A stretch of 64,000 nucleotides of DNA from the human T2T-CHM13v2.0 reference genome, Homo sapiens: assembly GCF_009914755.1 (NCBI RefSeq), contig NC_060932.1; one strand, 5' to 3'. A model generated the notes under the pieces. That model searched no databases, was not told the DNA's origin, and saw only the letters and a program-made list of their open reading frames with translations. Of the stretch, positions 42,870 through 56,778 are shown piece by piece. Both the position numbers and the translations under genes were made by a program. Position 1 is the stretch's first letter, and each line of letters starts with the position of its first letter.

Positions 42870-43187
42870 GGCCAGGCACGGTGGCTCATGCCTGTAATCC
42901 CAGTACTTTGGGAGGCCAAGGCAGGTGGAAGCGTTGAGCCCAGGAGTTGGAGATGAACCTGGGCAACATGGTGAAACCCCATCTCTAAAAGAAACACAAA
43001 AATTAGCCAAGTGTGGCGTTGGAAGCCTGTAGTCCTAGCTATTCAGGAGGCTGAAGCGGGAGGAACTCTCGACCCCGGGAGGTGGAGGCCGTGGTGAGTG
43101 AGCCGTGTTTGTGTCACTGTACTCCAGCCTGGGTGACAGACTGAGACCCTGTCTCAAAAAATAAATAATTACATAATAAAGATTTAA
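42870..43187 (+). mobile_element. Alu (AluJ-like) within L1M, unit 4
   Basis: Copy of 6298-6615. Confidence 0.93.
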
Positions 43188-44588
43188 AAAGCAAGCACAA
43201 AAAGACAAATACTGCATGATCTCACTTATATGTGCAATCTCAAACAATGCAACTCATAGCTGTAGAGAGCAGAACGGTGGTTACCCGAGGCAGGGGTCAG
43301 GGAGGGACTGGAGAGATGATAGTCTCATGATACAAAATTTCAGAGAGGAATGGTTCTAGAGATCTATTGAACAGCCTGGCATCTACAGTGTATAAGTATG
43401 TATTGTATACTTGAAAATTGCTATAAGAGTAGATTTTAGACATGTCCTCATCACATTAAAATCAGTATGTGAGGAAACGAGTGTGTTAATTAGCTTGATT
43501 TTGTCATTCCACAATGTATACACGTATGAAACATCATGTTGTATGCCATAAATATATATAATTTTTATTTGTCAAGTTAAAATTAAAATTCATATAAATT
43601 ATAAAAATAAAATGAAACAACATACACTACAAAAGACTTTTATTTATTAAATCCCCACAGAAGGGGTCAGAGTGATAAAGGAAAATAAAATTCCGGGAAC
43701 GGTAAAATCAATCAGAAATGCCCTACTTCAGTGCTTTCGAAATTTGTCTGACAGAGTGGAAATCCAGTTTTTCACTAAGTCACTGTTCTGGAACAGTTTG
43801 TGTGTGTGTATGTATGTGTGTGAGGGCTCACATACACAAATTGAACTAATGGAAGTGTAAGCATTCAAATTATCAGTTTAATTTAGTTCTATACATATAC
43901 ACACACACACACTCACACACCGAAAACATTGATAAAATCAGCCATTCCAGCAAAACTAGCTACTTAGTGTCTATCTCTCCTTGAAGATTCAAACTAGAAA
44001 TGAGGATTTAGAGAGGCATGATGGTTCGTTCTCTCTTGGAGCCCAGTTCGAAGTTGACTGACTGATTCAGTCATTGTAATTGGTTGGTCTTGGGGAAGAA
44101 TCCACTTTGACTCTTGGGAAGTCAGCTAGGTCAGCGGACAGAGCAGGGGCTCTGGAGCCAGACTGCCTGCACCCGACTTCTAGCTATGATACCTTGGAAA
44201 AACTACTTATCACCTGGGCTTCAGGTTCCTCATCTGTAAAATGGGGATAAGAATGCTATCTCTCTCACAACTGTTAGGAGGACTGACTGGGTTAATACGT
44301 GCAAAGTACCAAGTACATAAGAAACCAACAGCCAGTGCTCATTACAATCATTATTATTTTGGGCAAGTTAAGCCGCATGGTTTCTTTAGGTATAAAATTA
44401 GGCTTTATTTACCTACCTGTTGGGTTGTTCCAAGGATTAATCACATAGTGTTCATGAATTCCCTTTATAAACTATTATAGAAAAGAAATATAGTTAACAT
44501 TAATTGAACACCTACTATGTGCGATCGTTTTAAGGCTTGCCATGTGCTGCTTCATTCAGTCCGCACCATGACATTAGGATCACACTTT

Positions 44589-47500
44589 CGTTTTCCATTT
44601 TTTTTTAAATTATACTTTAATTACTAGGGCACATGTGCACAACGTGCAGGTTTATTACGTATGTAAGCACGTGCCATGTTGGTGTGCTGCACCCATTCAC
44701 TAGTCATTTACATTAGGTATATCTCTTAATGTTATCCCTCCCCCTCCCCCCGCCCATGACAGGCCCCGGTGTGTGATGTTCCCCTTTCTGCGTCCAAGTG
44801 TTCTCCTAGTTCAATTCCCACCTATGAGTGGGATCACGCGGTGTTTGGTTTTTTTGTCTTTGCGATAGTTTGCTAAGAATGATGGTTTCCAGCTTCATCC
44901 GTGTCCCTCCGAAGGGCATGAACACATGCTTTTTTATGGCTGCATAGTATTCCACGGTGTATTTGTGCCACGTTTCCTTAATCCAGTCTATCATTGATGG
45001 ACATCTGGGCTGGTTCCAAGTCTTTGCTACTGTGAACGGTGCCGCAATAAACATGCGTCTGCGTGTGTCCTTTTAGCAGCATGATTTATAGTCCTATGGG
45101 TGTATACCCAGTAATGGGACGGCTGGGTCAAATGGTATTTCTAATTCTAGATCCTTGAGGATTCGCCACACTATCTTCCACAACCGCTGAACTGGTTTAC
45201 AGTCCCACCAGCAGTGTAAAAGTGTTCCTATTTCTCCACTACCTCTCCAGCACCTGTTGTTTCCTGACTTTTTTATTGATCGCTATTGTAACTGTTGTGA
45301 GACGATATCTCTTTGCGGATTTGATTTGCATTTCTCTGATGACCAGTGTTGATGGGCATTTTTTCATGTGTCTGTTGGCTGCATAAATGTCTTCTTTTTA
45401 GAAGTGTCTCTTCATATCCTTCCCGCACTTGTTGATGGGGTTGTTTGGTTTTTCTTGTAACTCTGTTTGAGTTCTTAGTAGATTCTGGATATTAGCCCTT
45501 TGTCAGATGAGTAGATTGCAAAAATTTTCTCCCTTTCTGTAGCATGCCTGTTCACTCTGATGGGAGTTTCTTTAGCTGTGCAGAAACTCTTTAGTGTAAT
45601 TAGATGCCGTTTGTCAATATTGGCTTTTGTTGCCTTTGCTTTTGGCGTTTTAGACATGAGGTCCTTGCCCATGCCTGTGTCCTGAATGGTATTGCCTAGG
45701 TTTTCTCCTAGGGTTTGTATGGCTTAAGATGTAACATTTAAGTCTGTCATCCGTCTTGAATAAACTTTTGCATAAGGTGTAAGGAAGGGATCCAATTTCA
45801 CCTTCGGACATATGGCTAGCCAGTTTTCCCAGCACCATTTATTAAATAGGGAATCCTTTCCCTATTTCTTGTTTTTGTCAGGTTTGTCAAAGATCCGACG
45901 GTTGTAGATGTGTCGTATTATTTCTGAGGGCTCTATTCTGTTCCATTGGTCTACAGTAACCAAAAAGGCAACCAACAGCATGCTGTTTGGTTACTGTAGG
46001 CTTGTAGTGTAGTTTGAAGTCGGGTAGCTTGATGCCTCCACCTTTGTTCTTTTGGCTTAGGATTATCTTGGCAGTGGGGGCCCTTTTGTGGTTCCATGTA
46101 AACTTTCAAGTAGTTTTTTCCAATTCTGTGAAGAAAGTCCTTGGTAGCTTGATGGGGATGGCATTGGATCTATAATATACCTTGGGCAGTATGGCCATTT
46201 TCACGATACTGATTCTTCCTAACCGTGAGCATGGAATATTCTTCCATTGGTTTGTGTCCTCTTTTATTTCGTGGAGCAGTGGTTTGTAGTTCTCCTTGAA
46301 GAGGTCCTTCGCACATCGCATCCCTTGTTAGTTGGATTCCTCAGTATTTTATTCTCTTTGAAGCAATTGTGAATGGGAGCTCAGTCATGATTTGGCTCTC
46401 TGTTTGCCTGTTATTGGTGTATGAGAATGCTTGTGTTTTTTGCACATCGATTTTGTATCCTGAGACTTTGCTGAAGTTGCTTATCAGCTTAAGGAGATTT
46501 TGGGCTGAGACGCTGGGGTTTTCTAAATATTCAATCATGTCATCTACAAACAGGGACAATTTGACTTCCTCTTTTCCTAATTGATTACTCTTTATTTCTT
46601 TCTCCTGCCTGATTGCCCTGGCCAGAAGTTCCAACACCATGTTGAATAGGAGTGGTGAGAGAGGGCACCCCTGTCTTGTGGCAGTTTGCAAAGGGAATGC
46701 TTCCACTTTTTGCCCATTCAGTATAATATTGGCTGTGGGTTTGCCCTAAATAGCCCTTATTATTTTGAGGTATGTCCCATCAGTACCTAATTTATTGAGA
46801 GTTTTTGGCATGAAAGGCTGTTGAATTTTGTCAAAGGCCTTTTCTGCATCTGTTGAGATAATCACGCGGTTTCTGTCTTTGGTTCCGATTATATGCTGGA
46901 TTATGTTTATTGATTTGCATATGTTGGACCAGCCTTGCATGTCAGGGATGAAGCCCACTTGATCATAATGGATAAGCTCTTTGATGTGCTGCTGGATTCG
47001 GTTTGCCAGCATTTTATGGAGGATTTTTCCATCGGTGTTCCTCAGGGATATGGGCCGAAAATTCTCTTTGTTGGTTGTGTCTCTCTCAGCCTTTGGGATC
47101 AGGATGATGCTGGCCTCATAAAATGAGATAGGGAGGATTCCCTCTTTTTCTGTTGATTGGAATAGTTTCCGAAGGAATGGTACCAGCTCCTCCTTGTACT
47201 TCTGGTAGAATTCGGCTGTGAATCCGTCTGGTCCTGGAGTTTTATTGCTTGATAGGCTATTAATTATTGCCTCAATTTCAGAGCCTGTTATTGGTCTATT
47301 CAGGCATTCAACTTCTTCCTGGTTTACTCTGGGGAGGTTGCATGTGTCCAGGAATTTATTCATTTCTTCTAGATTTCCGAGTTTGTTTGCCTAGAGGTGT
47401 TGACAGTATTCTCTCATGGTAGTTTGTACTTCTGTGGGATCAGTGGTGATATCCCCTTTATCATTTTTTATTGCATCTGCTTGATTCTTCTTCCTTTCAT

Positions 47501-48260
47501 TCTTTAATAGTCTTGCTAGTGGTCTATCAATTTTGTTGATGGTTTCAAAAAACCCGCTCCTGGATTCATTGATTTTTTGAAGGGTTTTTTGGGTCTCTAT
47601 CTCCTTCAGTTCTGCTCGGATCTTAGTTATTTCTTGCCTTCTGCTAGCTTTTGAATGTGTTTGCTCTTGCTTCTCTCATCCTTTTAATGGTGATGTTAGG
47701 GTATGCATTTTTGATCTTTCCTGCTTTCCCTTGTGGGCATTTAGTGCTATAAATTTCCCTCTACACACTGCTTTAAATGTGTCCCAGAGATTCTGGTATG
47801 TTGTGTCTTTGTTCTCATTGCTTTCAGAGAATATCTTTATTTCTGCCTTCATTTCGTTATGTACCCAGTACTCATTCAGGAGCAGCTTGTCCGGTTTCCA
47901 TGCAGTTGTGCGGTTTTGAGTGAGTTTCTCAATCCTGAGGTCTAGTGTGATTGCAATGTGGTCTGAGAGACCGTTTGTAATAATTTCTGTAATTTTACTT
48001 TTACTGAGGAGTGCTTTACTTCCAACTATGTGGTCAATGTGGAAATAAGTGTGATGTGGTGCTGAGAAGAATGTATATTCTGTTGATTTGGGGTGGAGCG
48101 TTCTGTACATGTCTCCTAGGTCCGCTTGGTGCAGAGCTGAGCTCAATTCCCGGATATCCTTTTTTAACTTTCTGTCTCGTTGGTGTGTCTAATGTTGACA
48201 GTGGGGTGTTAAGTTTGCCATTATTATTATTATTACTATGTGGGAGTCTAAGTCTCTTTT
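44589..48260 (-). mobile_element. 5'-truncated L1PA, unit 4
   Basis: Copy of 8018-11691 with the same TSD. Confidence 0.97.
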
Positions 48261-48824
48261 GATCACACTTTAAAGACCAAAAGGTAGAAGCGCAAAGACG
48301 TTATCTGTCCAATATTACAAACCTAGTAAGTGGTGGAATTTGGCCTTGAACCCAGATCTGTAACTCCAGAGCCGAAGTGCTTCACCCACCTCCCTGTGGT
48401 GCCTCTACAGAAAAAGAGGTAAGCAGGCATTCCGAAAGCTGGTGGGCCGGGGGGCTGGCCTTGTACTCAGAAGCCATGGAAGTCCCACGTGGGGTGGCTA
48501 GTGGTGTAAGGACAGAGGTCTCGGATGGGCAGAGGGATGTGGACAGGCGCGAGGGCGCGCGGCAGGGACTCGGGGGACTGGGAGTGGCGGCTCGGGGCTG
48601 CGGGAGGCGATTGGTGGAAGGACAGAGGTCTGGGAGGGGCAGAGGGATGTGGACAGGCCCGAGGGGCCGCGGCAGGGATTCCGGGGGACCGGGAGTGGGG
48701 GGTTGGGGTTACTCTTGGCTTTTTGCCCTCTCCTGCCGCCGGCTGCTCCAGTTTCTTTCGCTTTGCGGCGAGGTGGGCAGGGTGAGCTCTCGGGACTGAT
48801 GGCGGTTTTGGAAGAGGCCTGGGG

Positions 48825-50852
48825 CTAAGGACAGGCCAGGGCGGCGGGAGAGGCGGACCGGTGGCGTGGCTGGATCTGGGCGCGCTGTCGGACCTTCCAC
48901 ATCACCAGCTGCAGGCAGGCGTTTGCGTCCTCGCTGGAGTTGTGGCCGTCCTGGCTGTCCTGGATGATCTGTGCCAGGTAGTCGGCCGCGAGATTCCTGA
49001 GGGAGCGCTTGTAGGGGAAACCCAGGTAGTGCGGGAAGAGCACGGCCGTGTCCACCACGGTGCTGTGGATGAGCTTCAGGGCCAGCAGGTCGCTCTCCAG
49101 GCTGTGCCCGATGAGGATGGTTTGGGCGCTGAAAAAGCTCAGCAGGATGGCTTGGACTTGGGGCAACGTGATGCTCGTCTTGGCGACGTCGGCCTCGGTG
49201 ACTCCGGAAAACCTGGTGTTGTAGTCCACGATCTCGTTGTCGGGCTTGACGAAGGTGTCGTACACCACTCGCATGTCGGCGTCCACCACGGTGACGCGGG
49301 TCAGCTCTAGGCCATGCGTGGTGTAGCACATCTCACAGTCCAAGGCGTAGATTCCTGGATAAGCGTCTCTGGACAACTCTTTCTTGAAGGTCTCCACGAA
49401 GCCATCGAGGCTCTCCTTGCGGCCGTCCCGCACGTGCTGCTTTGCCACCTGGCAGCCCACAGAGCCAGGAGCAGCTGCACAGCAGGTGTACTGGCTAACC
49501 CGGCCTCCAGCCACCTGGCTCGAGCGGACCCGCCCCCAGTGATAATAACACAACTGGTCGCGTACACAGCGGCCCGAGGAGGACACCAGGTACTCGGTGC
49601 CACAACGGCAGCAGACCCTGCAGGAGGAGTCGCCGGGCCCCTTCCCCTGGCCAGTGAAGAGGACGGCGCCTCCGGGCCGCTCGGGGTGCGGGAAGGGGTA
49701 GCCGTTCTCCTTGAGCTGGTCCTGGGTGAGCAGGAACTCCTGGAGGCGGCTGTACAGGGCGGCCCTGCTGAGGCCGGGCATGGAGCTGGGGGTCAGGCCC
49801 TTCAGTCTCTTGAGGGTGTTCAGGACCACGTTCAGGTACCTGTTCTTGTTGGGGCTGCAGTCGTAGGCCACCTTCTCCTCGTTCAGCGCCTTCTCCTCGG
49901 CCTCCTGCTTGGAGGCGCAGAACTTGAGACACTCTTCGGTGAACAGTTGGAGATAGCCTCGGCGGAGGACGGTGGGGACTTGGCACCCAGAGCTTCGGAG
50001 GATAATGGGTTTCTTCAAACTCAAACTCGGTAAGGATGGACGACGGACGATTCGCTTAGAGCTGGTGGTGGCGGTGGTCTTGCATGCCATCCCTGACCTG
50101 TTGCGCGTCTTCCCTGGCTGTCTGCCGACCTTGGAGCCACGGGAGCGTTGGCTGCTGCTGGCCACCCGGGTTCTCTTGGCATCTGTGTAACCTGTGACCA
50201 AGCAAGGGCTGGAAGAGTGGGCGATCGTCTTCCTCTTCCTGGGGGCTGAGATGCGGACTCCCGAGGGCCTCTCTGTCAGCCTTGGGGCGGCTGGCAAGCG
50301 GCAGGCTGATCCCCTCTGCGCAGGGAAGTAGCACGACTCCGTCACCATCTTGGGCCACGCTGGGGGCACCGCCGGACCCCTGTTCTGGGGCTCCGCCTGG
50401 ATGTCCACAAATGCTGAGGCCTGCTTGTGCATCTGGGGCACCCAGAGCCCGAAGCTCTGGGCAGGCTGATGAGAGGGCAGTGGGAATTCTGGAGCCTCGA
50501 GGGCCGCCTCCTCGGCCACCTTCTTAGCTTCTGGGTATCCAGGTGGGAACCAGCAGGGAGCTGTGGCTCGCAACATCTTGCTGCCTTCGGGAGCACCGGC
50601 CGGGCTCTGCTCCGCTCCCAAATGGCGGCTTGCCTCCGGGGCCGCCTCCTTGGCCACCTTCTTAGCTTCTGGGTATCCAGGGCGGAACCAGCAGGGAGCT
50701 GTGGCTCGCAACATCTTGCTGCCTTCGGGAGCACCGGCCTGGCTCTGCTCCCCTCCCAAATGGCGGCTTGCCTCCAGGGCCGCCTCCTCGGCCACCTTCT
50801 TAGCTTCTGGGTATCCAGGGGGGAACCAGCAGGGAGCTGTGGCTCGCAACAT
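48825..50852 (-). CDS. REXO1L1P: REXO1-like (GOR) exonuclease, 675 aa, copy 5
   Basis: Intact ORF; A>P (VRRPSLP, nt ~50039) plus one synonymous change (~50307). Confidence 0.93.
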   Translation of the reverse strand: MLRATAPCWFPPGYPEAKKVAEEAALEASRHLGGEQSQAGAPEGSKMLRATAPCWFRPGYPEAKKVAKEAAPEASRHLGAEQSPAGAPEGSKMLRATAPCWFPPGYPEAKKVAEEAALEAPEFPLPSHQPAQSFGLWVPQMHKQASAFVDIQAEPQNRGPAVPPAWPKMVTESCYFPAQRGSACRLPAAPRLTERPSGVRISAPRKRKTIAHSSSPCLVTGYTDAKRTRVASSSQRSRGSKVGRQPGKTRNRSGMACKTTATTSSKRIVRRPSLPSLSLKKPIILRSSGCQVPTVLRRGYLQLFTEECLKFCASKQEAEEKALNEEKVAYDCSPNKNRYLNVVLNTLKRLKGLTPSSMPGLSRAALYSRLQEFLLTQDQLKENGYPFPHPERPGGAVLFTGQGKGPGDSSCRVCCRCGTEYLVSSSGRCVRDQLCYYHWGRVRSSQVAGGRVSQYTCCAAAPGSVGCQVAKQHVRDGRKESLDGFVETFKKELSRDAYPGIYALDCEMCYTTHGLELTRVTVVDADMRVVYDTFVKPDNEIVDYNTRFSGVTEADVAKTSITLPQVQAILLSFFSAQTILIGHSLESDLLALKLIHSTVVDTAVLFPHYLGFPYKRSLRNLAADYLAQIIQDSQDGHNSSEDANACLQLVMWKVRQRAQIQPRHRSASPAALACP

Positions 50853-50907
50853 CTTGCTGCCTTCGGGAGCACCGGCCTGGCTCTGCTCCTCTCCCAACTG
50901 GCGGCTT
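50494..50907 (-). repeat. 3 x 138-bp repeat, copy 5
   Basis: Same as 1733-2146. Confidence 0.95.
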
Positions 50908-50910
50908 CAA

Positions 50911-51185
50911 TGAGTGCTGCGGCCGCCACTTGTCGCCTTTATATAGGCACAGGGCAGACTGGGTGGGACTTCTCCTTGATAGGTTGGTGCTTCAGTCCAA
51001 TCACACTGAGCCTCATCTTCCACCAGACTCCAGCTTGGGAATGCCTCAGGGGGTGCGCTAATGGAATCAACTGGAACTCCCGGTTGCTAAACTTGGAGCT
51101 AGGTTGCTTTTCCTGAGTTAAGTAACTGTCCCTGCAGGGCAGTCCTATAATGGCTACTGGAATTGGGCTACCTAGGATTAAATTA
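50911..51185 (-). promoter_or_regulatory. Putative promoter, copy 5
   Basis: Motifs identical to unit 1. Confidence 0.7.
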
Positions 51186-51390
51186 AGGTTCAGGGAGGTT
51201 GGTCAACTTGCTTGGGCCCACACAGCACCCCTTGGAGCCAGGACTGGGCCAGCAGTCTGCTGCATGCTGGAGGGCGGGATCCCTCTGGGGCTGCCTTTCC
51301 CTGCTCTGTGCACTCCGCCGCTGCGGGCAAATTGAGGACAGGAAGCGGACCGCACCCACTTCTCTCCCAGGACTTGGGCAATGTTCAACA

Positions 51391-52279
51391 CAGGTGGTCT
51401 TCCAAAGGTTCATAGAAAATGCACATGGTGAAGAAACTATGCATGGATTTCCACTGGTTTGCACTAAAATAAACTTGTCCTAACTTCTGATAACCTTTCT
51501 GAACTAGATCTAGTTTGAGGCACTAAGAAGGATGAGACATCCACTGAAAAGGACTCCCATCAGAGCAACATGAATTCCACGAAAATTGCAGCAAGAGGAA
51601 ACATCAAATTTATGGTGAAGCTTGGGTGGAAGATTGAAGAAATCATTGACGTTTTAAGAAAAGCTTGTAAGGACACTACCCCGAAGAAATGAACTCTTTA
51701 CGAATGTATAGCTTGTTTCAAGAAGAGGTGAGAAGATGTGGAAGATGAATCCTGCAGTGGCTGTGAAAACCACTGTGCCCAGATCAGCTGCAGTTACGAC
51801 GAGAGCTGTCAGTGGAAATTTTAAACAGGAGGGATCACGATCCTGACGCATCCCTCTGACAAATTGTAAGCGGAAGTTGGAACATGGCTTCACCAATATG
51901 ATCTCGAAGGCAAAGCATCATGAAAGCGATGGCTACCAAGAGGTGGCAGTGGTCCAGTCAAAGGAAAAGGAGGCCAGTCAGGAGCCCACATCATGGCATC
52001 AGTGTTTTGGGACACTCAAGGCATTTTGCTTGTTGACTTTCTGAAAGGCCAAACATCTGCTTATTAGGAGAGTGTTCTGAGAAGCTTAGATAAAGCTTTG
52101 GTAGAAACATGCTGGGAAAGTCTCACTAGATCCTTGTTCACCACATCAATGCTCTGCTCATTCCTCTCATCAAACAAGGGCAATTTTGTCAGTTTCAATG
52201 GGCAGTCCTTAGGAATTCACCTTACGGGCTGCTTTCATTCCTTCTAAATTCTTTTTGTTTCCTAATGATAAAAAGTCTC
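51391..52279 (+). mobile_element. HSMAR2 remnant, unit 5
   Basis: Copy of 2630-3518. Confidence 0.88.
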
Positions 52280-54717
52280 CTTGCCTTGCTTGGAAAGATG
52301 AGAGAAAGTCTCCTTGCCTTGTTTGGACAGATGAGAGATGAGATCCTCCTCTTCTCTCCCAGGACAGAATGGTGAGACTTGAGTTTCCTTTCTCCTCACT
52401 CTTCTCCTCCTTGAGGGAGCTGCTGTGCCGGACAGACCTGCCCCCGTGTCTAGACACTGGTAGACTCGTTTAAGTTCCTCACAGGCAATCCTCCATGGGG
52501 TCAAAGTGGAAGGACTTATTTCTTCAGGGCTCAGTAGTCCACATCCTGGCGCGCACCTTCACCAGCCCAGGGCGGGGTAGAGGAGGGTGAAAGGGCGTGG
52601 CTCAGAGCCCGCTTCTTCCGCTCGGGCGTATCCTGGGAGGAACCCTTGTCCGGTGAGCATGTCTTCGTCTCTACCAAATTCCCTAGTGGGACATTTCTGG
52701 CAGCCCTACTTGTTCAGCAGCTTACGGGGGTCAGGTGGACCTCTGCTAGTCACCAGCCTGAAGCCCTTTCTCCATTTCAGCTATTTTGGCAGTTGCCTAG
52801 GTGACTTTTGAACCTCATTATCCAGAACAGCAAACGGACGAGGGGTGAGAAGAGTGGCCGTCTGGGTTTGCAGCATAGTGCTGCCTTCTAGGAGTTGTGC
52901 AGTCTTCGATTGTGTGAAACTTCACCTGGCTGATTTGTGGCAATGCCTCCACAAATTCGCTAAATTCAGTAGCTTTTGCCTTCCAAGATTCATTTACACA
53001 ATGTTGAATGCTTTAAATGAATGAGCATGAAGAGTGCTGGGCTGGAAAGTGATGAGATGGGTGGTAGGGACTCCTCGGAGTAGAGGAGTAGAGTTTTACT
53101 ATTATGACTAGGAGGCAAATAAAAAGAAGCTGAACGTGATCCATAATAAAAGAAGCACACACTCACAGAGCTCCATACCAACTACATTAAAATGGAAATC
53201 ATGATATTTGGAAATACAACTTAATTGGAAATCATTAAGTAATCTCATCAACCTTTTTACAGTGGGTGGCAGGGCTATGGAGGGAAAACAGCAATGGTTC
53301 TGGCACCTACTTAACTTGATTCCATTAAATTCACCCAACAGGCCTCCAGAGAACATATTACTGCTTTGATATTACAAAGGGAAAAACAGCTATGGCGTCT
53401 CTGAAAAGCACAACGTGCTAGGACTGGAATGACTTTAAAACCACACATAAATTTCTGAGAGATTTTTGCCATAAGGTACCATCCACCTTACTGTAAACCA
53501 CATCCTAAAATTGTCTGCAGTGCAAATGGATTATGTGCATCCAACAGGAAACAGCATAGGTTGAGAAGCTGTTACTTAATAGCTTCATTGTCACCACGAG
53601 TGTAAAGTGTGGGGTCTCATCACTTTTGCACCCACGTTTTGCCTGTTGGTTTCTCCACACTGTCAGGAGCATTTGACCAACTCACTGTGGCTCAGGGTCC
53701 CTTACGCAGCCTGTTGGGGAAACCAGTGGGTATTGAAGACCTGCCTCTGGTGTGCCAGGAGGTTGTGCCTGCCGGCCACTCTGACTTGCGATCTTCCGCC
53801 TCAGTGTATGGCTTCCTACACCTGGGTAATTAACATAGCCAGCATGATAAGGAGGTCCTTTCATCACTATTGCCACTAGTCCTTCCGACTCCTGTGCCCT
53901 GTTTCTCCTTTATTGGAACCCAAGAACGAGTAAACATAGCATTTTCAAACATCCCGCCCCCTTCACTGGTAACACCAATATTCCACCATCCTAATTCCCT
54001 CACAAGCATTGAGTCTCTCCACCCTGAGGTGGTGAAATCCCTGCAGGCATTTATAAGTATACCTGGACAGAAGAAATACAAGATACCGTTCTATTAACTC
54101 AATATAGTGTTGCTAAGTTCGTACTTGTGCTTGGTTTATTTTATTTTATAAATAGGTATCACTCGCATGGTTCCAAATGCGGTAGGCACAGAGAGTATAT
54201 ATGATGGAATTACATCCTCCTTCCCTGCACTCACCAACCGAGATCATCCCGCTACGGGCACTCAAAGGTTTCATTGTCTGAAATATCAGCCTAAACGTAG
54301 TTTATGTTTAGGAAGCAACAACCGTAAATAGGCCCACATCCAAACGGAGTGGATTTAGGTTTCACTTTTTCAAGGAAAAACCATCAAAGAATTTTTCCAC
54401 ATACTTATAAACCATCCCACGTATAGAATCCATTTTTACTGACACAAATTTAGTACCAATAAACGACTCTTCTTCTCAATTTGTTTTATTTAACAATAAG
54501 TCTTGAACGTCATTCCCAGTTAACATTTTGAAGAGTTTCCTCTCTTTCGTTCTGTTTTAGCTGCAAAGTATTCTTCCGTAAGGATGAACGTACTATAATT
54601 TATTAGCCAGCCACTTAGTGATGTACAATTAAGCAGTTTTAAATCTTTGATTCTTGGAAATATTGTTTCTCACACATAAATATTTCTATAAAATAAATTA
54701 GTTGAATTAGAATTGTT

Positions 54718-54931
54718 GGAGTTCAAGACCAGCCTGGCCAACATGGTGAAACCCCATCTCTACTAGAAACACAAAATTAGCCGGACATGCCGGTACATGC
54801 CTCTAATCTCAGGTGAGGCAGGAGAATCACTTCAACCTGGGAGGCGGAGGTTGTAGTGACTCGAAATCACGCCACTGCACTCCAGCCTGGGCGACGCGAG
54901 CGAAACTCTGTCTCAAAAAACCAAAAAAAAT
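54718..54931 (+). mobile_element. Truncated Alu (AluS-like), unit 5
   Basis: Copy of 5957-6170. Confidence 0.92.
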
Positions 54932-55058
54932 TAAACATAAAAAGAAAAGCGGTACATATACCCAATAGAACACAATTCAGCCTTAAAAAAGAAAGAAATC
55001 ATCTCATTGGCAACACGAATGAGCCTAGAGGATGGTACACTGAGTGAAAGAAAGCAAA

Positions 55059-55376
55059 GGCCAGGCACGGTGGCTCATGCCTGTAATCCCAGTACTTTGG
55101 GAGGCCAAGGCAGGTGGAAGCGTTGAGCCCAGGAGTTGGAGATGAACCTGGGCAACATGGTGAAACCCCATCTCTAAAAGAAACACAAAAATTAGCCAAG
55201 TGTGGCGTTGGACGCCTGTAGTCCTAGCTATTCAGGAGGCTGAAGTGGGAGGAACTCTCGACCCCGGGAGGTGGAGGCCGTGGTGAGTGAGCCGTGTTTG
55301 TGTCACTGTACTCCAGCCTGGGTGACAGACTGAGACCCTGTCTCAAAAAATAAATAATTACATAATAAAGATTTAA
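55059..55376 (+). mobile_element. Alu (AluJ-like) within L1M, unit 5
   Basis: Copy of 6298-6615. Confidence 0.93.
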
Positions 55377-56778
55377 AAAGCAAGCACAAAAAGACAAATA
55401 CTGCATGATCTCACTTATATGTGCAATCTCAAACAATGCAACTCATAGCTGTAGAGAGCAGAACGGTGGTTACCCGAGGCAGGGGTCAGGGAGGGACTGG
55501 AGAGATGATAGTCTCATGATACAAAATTTCAGAGAGGAATGGTTCTAGAGATCTATTGAACAGCCTGGCATCTACAGTGTATAAGTATGTATTGTATACT
55601 TGAAAATTGCTATAAGAGTAGATTTTAGACATGTCCTCATCACATTAAAATCAGTATGTGAGGAAACGAGTGTGTTAATTAGCTTGATTTTGTCATTCCA
55701 CAATGTATACACGTATGAAACATCATGTTGTATGCCATAAATATATATAATTTTTATTTGTCAAGTTAAAATTAAAATTCATATAAATTATAAAAATAAA
55801 ATGAAATAACATACACTACAAAAGACGTTTATTTATTAAATCCCCACAGAAGGCGTCTAAGTGATAAAGGAAAATAAAATTCCGGGAACGGTAAAATCAA
55901 TCAGAAATGCCCTACTTCAGTGCTTTCCGAAATTTGTCTGACAGAGTGGAAATCCAGTTTTTCACTAAGTCACTGTTCTGGAACAGTTTGTGTGTGTGTA
56001 TGTATGTGTGTGAGGGCTCACATACACAAATTGAACTAATGGAAGTGTAAGCATTCAAATTATCAGTTTAATTTAGTTCTATACATATACACACACACAC
56101 ACTCACACACCGAAAACATTGATAAAATCAGCCATTCCAGCAAAACTAGCTACTTAGTGTCTATCTCTCCTTGAAGATTCAAACTAGAAATGAGGATTTA
56201 GAGAGGCATGATGGTTCGTTCTCTCTTGGAGCCCAGTTCGAAGTTGACTGACTGATTCAGTCATTGTAATTGGTTGGTCTTGGGGAAGAATCCACTTTGA
56301 CTCTTGGGAAGTCAGCTAGGTCAGCGGACAGAGCAGGGGCTCTGGAGCCAGACTGCCTGCACCCGACTTCTAGCTATGATACCTTGGATAAACTACTTAT
56401 CACCTGGGCTTCAGGTTCCTCATCTGTAAAATGGGGATAAGAATGCTATCTCTCTCACAACTATTAGGAGGACTGACTGGGTTAATACGTGCAAAGTACG
56501 GAGTACATAAGAAACCAACAGCCAGTGCTCATTACAATCATTATTATTTTGGGCAAGTTAAGCCGCATGGTTTCTTTAGGTATAAAATTAGGCTTTATTT
56601 ACCTACCTGTTGGGTTGTTCCAAGGATTAATCACATAGTGTTCATGAATTCCCTTTATAAACTATTATAGAAAAGAAATATAGTTAACATTAATTGAACA
56701 CCTACTATGTGCGATCGTTTTAAGGCTTGCCATGTGCTGCTTCATTCAGTCCGCACCATGACATTAGGATCACACTTT